From the IMG/VR virus record IMGVR_UViG_3300024259_001989: DNA of 20,000 bases. One strand, written 5' to 3'. Both the position numbers and the translations under genes were made by a program. Of this stretch, positions 17,256 to 20,000 are shown piece after piece. This stretch comes from an uncultured virus (IMG/VR IMGVR_UViG_3300024259_001989). Its lineage: Duplodnaviria > Heunggongvirae > Uroviricota > Caudoviricetes. Position 1 is the stretch's first letter. Each line of letters begins with the position of its first letter. The notes under the pieces are model-generated. The model ran no database searches. It was not told the DNA's origin and worked only from the letters and a program-made list of their open reading frames with translations.

Positions 17256-18122
17256 ATGAATATTTTATTTGTGACTGATAAAGAAGGAAGAATTCAGTAC
17301 AATAGGGCAAAGATATTAAAGAGCATAATCAAAGATCACACGATAGATGTAGTAACCTTAAAAGATACCGATATAAGATGGCACAAGTATGACATAATTT
17401 ATTATTCTCATTTTTCTCTATTTAAGAAAATTCCTGCGCCTAAAAATAAAACTATCATCACATCTATAACTAGTCACAAATGTCTGTTAGATTTCGAAAA
17501 GACATTAAAAGTTTTAGATAGGTTTAATAGAGTCTCAGTTAATAATACGATTCTGTTTGATAGATTTAAGAACCATATCAAGAATTTATACTACACTCCT
17601 AATGGTGTGGACGTTTCTATATTTACTCCTGATTATAATGACGTTCATAATGATTTAGTTTTTGGATGGGTAGGGAATACTGACAGAGCTACTAAGAGAT
17701 ATAATGAAATCGTTATTCCTTTGAGTAAGAAATATACCTTTAAGATAATAGGCTCTTCTAAAAAGGATGGCATAGATAAATTATTAAACAAGCAGGATAT
17801 GAGAGACTATTATAATCGTTTAGATTATTTTGTTGTTTCTAGTAATACAGAAGGTACTCCCAATCCTGCCCTTGAAGCTATGTCTTGTGGCATTCCTGTT
17901 GTAACTACTAAAGTGGGCAACATGATAGAGATCGTTGATTCTGGGGTGAATGGGTTCTTTGTGGAGGGTGGCACTAAGTCTTTTATAGATGTCATGGATA
18001 GTTTGAAAGATATAACAAAAGATGGGTATAGAAAAATGAGTCAAGCGTCTAGGGACAGGATTGAATCTTGGGATTGGTCGATAAAATATAAAGAATGGTA
18101 TAATTTTTTGATAGGAAAATAA
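17256..18122 (+). CDS. GT4 (Glycos_transf_1) glycosyltransferase
   Basis: TPNGVD, FGWVG, K, EGTPNPALEAMSCGIPVVTTKVG (E-x7-E), GVNGFFV. Confidence 0.9.
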   Translation: MNILFVTDKEGRIQYNRAKILKSIIKDHTIDVVTLKDTDIRWHKYDIIYYSHFSLFKKIPAPKNKTIITSITSHKCLLDFEKTLKVLDRFNRVSVNNTILFDRFKNHIKNLYYTPNGVDVSIFTPDYNDVHNDLVFGWVGNTDRATKRYNEIVIPLSKKYTFKIIGSSKKDGIDKLLNKQDMRDYYNRLDYFVVSSNTEGTPNPALEAMSCGIPVVTTKVGNMIEIVDSGVNGFFVEGGTKSFIDVMDSLKDITKDGYRKMSQASRDRIESWDWSIKYKEWYNFLIGK

Positions 18123-18823
18123 TGGGTATTACTCTTCATAAATATAATTGTTGTGATTTTCATGAAGTAGATAAAATTGGAGTTATCTGCCGAGGAAAGT
18201 CTTTAGGGGCAATAGGTAAATATAAAGATAATTTTAAAAATACGTTTGTAATTGGGCAACATGTCAAATCTTTTCAAATGGTAGGTAAACATCTTGAGAA
18301 TTGTAATATAGTAAAAATATGGGGATCTTCTTTTCACAAGCCATGCAAGAAAGAAAGAGAAATATGTTCTCATTATAATATAAGAGATTTACAGTCCACC
18401 TTAAGGCCTTATAGTAGTGAACGTAAGGCCTATAAGTATAAAAAAATTAAAACAAGATATGATGGTATTTTAGAAACATATCCTCTTCCTGTTAATATTC
18501 ATGATAGGAATAAAAGAATTCTTCACAAGAGAAAACTAGGAAATGGCAAATTAAGCTATCCTACTTTGGGAATTTTTGGGGTGGATTTAGCAAGTGCTTA
18601 TAACCCTAAAGAAGTTCATGTCATAGGTCTTGATTTTTACAATGCTCCGTATTTAACAAATGAAAAATTAAATGCCAACTTTGATAAAAATGTTAGAAGA
18701 GGGCCTAACATGATAGAGTTCTTTAAATTATTATGTAAAGAAGAAACAGATATCAAATTTTATCTGTATACGTGTTGTAAAACAATAAAAAGTGAGGGTA
18801 ATTTAAAGGTAACACACGTATGA
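18122..18823 (+). CDS. GT29/GT42/DUF115-like protein, candidate sialyltransferase-fold enzyme
   Basis: IGVICRGKSL (cf. VVGNGxSL) and YPTLGIFGVDLASAYNPKEVHVIGLDFY (cf. PT/STG...A....EV...G.DFY); TAATG coupling. Confidence 0.6.
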   Translation: MGITLHKYNCCDFHEVDKIGVICRGKSLGAIGKYKDNFKNTFVIGQHVKSFQMVGKHLENCNIVKIWGSSFHKPCKKEREICSHYNIRDLQSTLRPYSSERKAYKYKKIKTRYDGILETYPLPVNIHDRNKRILHKRKLGNGKLSYPTLGIFGVDLASAYNPKEVHVIGLDFYNAPYLTNEKLNANFDKNVRRGPNMIEFFKLLCKEETDIKFYLYTCCKTIKSEGNLKVTHV

Positions 18824-19485
18824 CAGATCTAGAGGGAATGATTGATGTCTTTGTTATAACGAACGGCCGTTCTACTTTTGAATATTGTGAAAAGTCATTG
18901 CAATTACAAAAAGATGTTAAATTTAATATTAACATTATTAGAGACATGAACTGGCAAGATGCTCATGAAGAGCTGCTAAAAAGATGTAGATCTAAATTTG
19001 CATTAAGAGTTGATGACGATATGCTTCTTCATCCATTAGCTTTAAAATTTATGTATCAATGTGTTAAAAAGCAGAAGGATAATATAGCATTGAGAGGATG
19101 GAGACTTTGGGAGCCATGGAGTAATAAAGTTTGCAAGGGTATAAAAGTTTATAACACTAAGATAGCTAAAAAAATAGGATTTCATTTGGATCATCTTGGG
19201 AAAATTGACAAACCGTTTACTAGAAATGCTGAAAAGGCAGGGTATAAAATAAAGTATACGAGGGACGTAGTTGCTATTCATTCTTGTGGTAACTTTAAAG
19301 AGCATTTAGAGTATTGGAAGATGAGGGGAGAATCTACAGGAAGTAATTTTGAAACGAAAGAGAAGTGGGCTAAAGAACTTATAAAAGATTTTCCAATGAC
19401 TTTAGAAGAACAATATGGGTTGACTGGCAAGTTTTTGAGACAGTTAAATAAAGATAAAGATTTCGGAAATTTATTAAATAATTAG
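18820..19485 (+). CDS. GT-A fold (GT2-like) glycosyltransferase
   Basis: IDVFVITNGR, ALRVDDDMLL (DxD), later ID and H motifs; ATGA overlap. Confidence 0.7.
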   Translation: MTDLEGMIDVFVITNGRSTFEYCEKSLQLQKDVKFNINIIRDMNWQDAHEELLKRCRSKFALRVDDDMLLHPLALKFMYQCVKKQKDNIALRGWRLWEPWSNKVCKGIKVYNTKIAKKIGFHLDHLGKIDKPFTRNAEKAGYKIKYTRDVVAIHSCGNFKEHLEYWKMRGESTGSNFETKEKWAKELIKDFPMTLEEQYGLTGKFLRQLNKDKDFGNLLNN

Positions 19486-19496
19486 GAGATTGAGAG

Positions 19497-20000
19497 ATGG
19501 GCTATAAGCGTGAGATTTTATATCCTTTGATTAAAAAATCAAGAGTAATTGTTGATATAGGAGCTAATAACGGTAAGGAAGCAAAGAGATTTTTAAAATT
19601 ATCTCCAAAGGCCGAAATACATATATTTGAACCAAATCCTAAATGGGTTAAATATCTAAATGAGAAATTTGAAAAAAAATCTAATTGTCATGTCTATAAT
19701 TATGCAATTTCTGACGAAGATGGTAGCGCTAATTTCAATCTTGAGGAATCAGGAAAAAATAAATCAGCTTCTTTAAGAAAAACGACCAAGCTGCATAGTG
19801 CTGTGTTTAAAAAATCTATTAAAGTGCCTACTCGCAGATTAGATACATGGTATAAGGATTATAAGTTGGGTATTATAGATTTTATGTGGACTGATGTGGA
19901 AGGTGCTGAAAGAGGTCTAATTACAGGAGGCATAGAAGCATTAAAAAATACCAGATATTTTTATACTGAGTACACTGAAAAAGAGTATTTAAAAGATTTT
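19497..20000 (+). CDS. FkbM-family methyltransferase, 3'-truncated by the window edge (absent from the ORF track)
   Basis: Manual translation from ATG 19497 (AGGAG at 19484-19488): MGYKREILYPLIKKSRVIVDIGANNG...HIFEPNP...NYAISD...VPTRRLD...IDFMWTDVEGAE...YTEY; open to base 20000. Confidence 0.92.
   Translation, partial: MGYKREILYPLIKKSRVIVDIGANNGKEAKRFLKLSPKAEIHIFEPNPKWVKYLNEKFEKKSNCHVYNYAISDEDGSANFNLEESGKNKSASLRKTTKLHSAVFKKSIKVPTRRLDTWYKDYKLGIIDFMWTDVEGAERGLITGGIEALKNTRYFYTEYTEKEYLKDF

Noticed and set aside
497..19305. Short minus-strand ORFs (61-87 aa) in the ORF track
   Set aside because: All lie antisense within well-supported + strand genes, have no recognisable motifs and look like shadow ORFs of AT-rich coding DNA.
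561..19680. Homopolymer A/T runs as phase-variation tracts
   Set aside because: Runs are short (about 7-8 nt), expected at this composition, with no long G/C tracts and no frameshifted genes.
1..20000. Stop-codon reassignment, as in some large phages
   Set aside because: TAA, TAG and TGA all end genes at coupled junctions, and coding density is already near complete with code 11.

Overview
AT-rich window filled almost entirely by 27 co-oriented (+ strand), tightly coupled genes, with the first and last cut by the window edges. Together they form one large glycan biosynthesis and decoration cluster. It holds about 12 glycosyltransferase-like genes (GT-A/GT2-like, GT4, a NodZ/GT23-like fucosyltransferase, two Maf/GT42/GT29-like candidate nonulosonic-acid transferases and one divergent GT-B). 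It also holds nonulosonic-acid genes (neuA, a short neuB), part of the 2,3-diacetamido-uronic acid pathway (wbpI/wecB-like, wbpD, wbpB), an extended-SDR epimerase/decarboxylase, a D-2-hydroxyacid dehydrogenase, four SAM methyltransferases, a sulfotransferase-like gene, an SGNH-like gene and a degenerate ParB/Srx-like gene. Shine-Dalgarno-like motifs and stop/start overlaps point to prokaryotic-type translation with the standard code. I see no membrane protein, flippase, polymerase, ABC exporter or priming transferase. A membrane-independent glycosylation system, for example of a large phage/virus or a protein-glycosylation island, is therefore possible but is inference only. No RNA genes, mobile elements or CRISPR arrays were seen. 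All family calls come from motifs recognised by eye, not from database searches.
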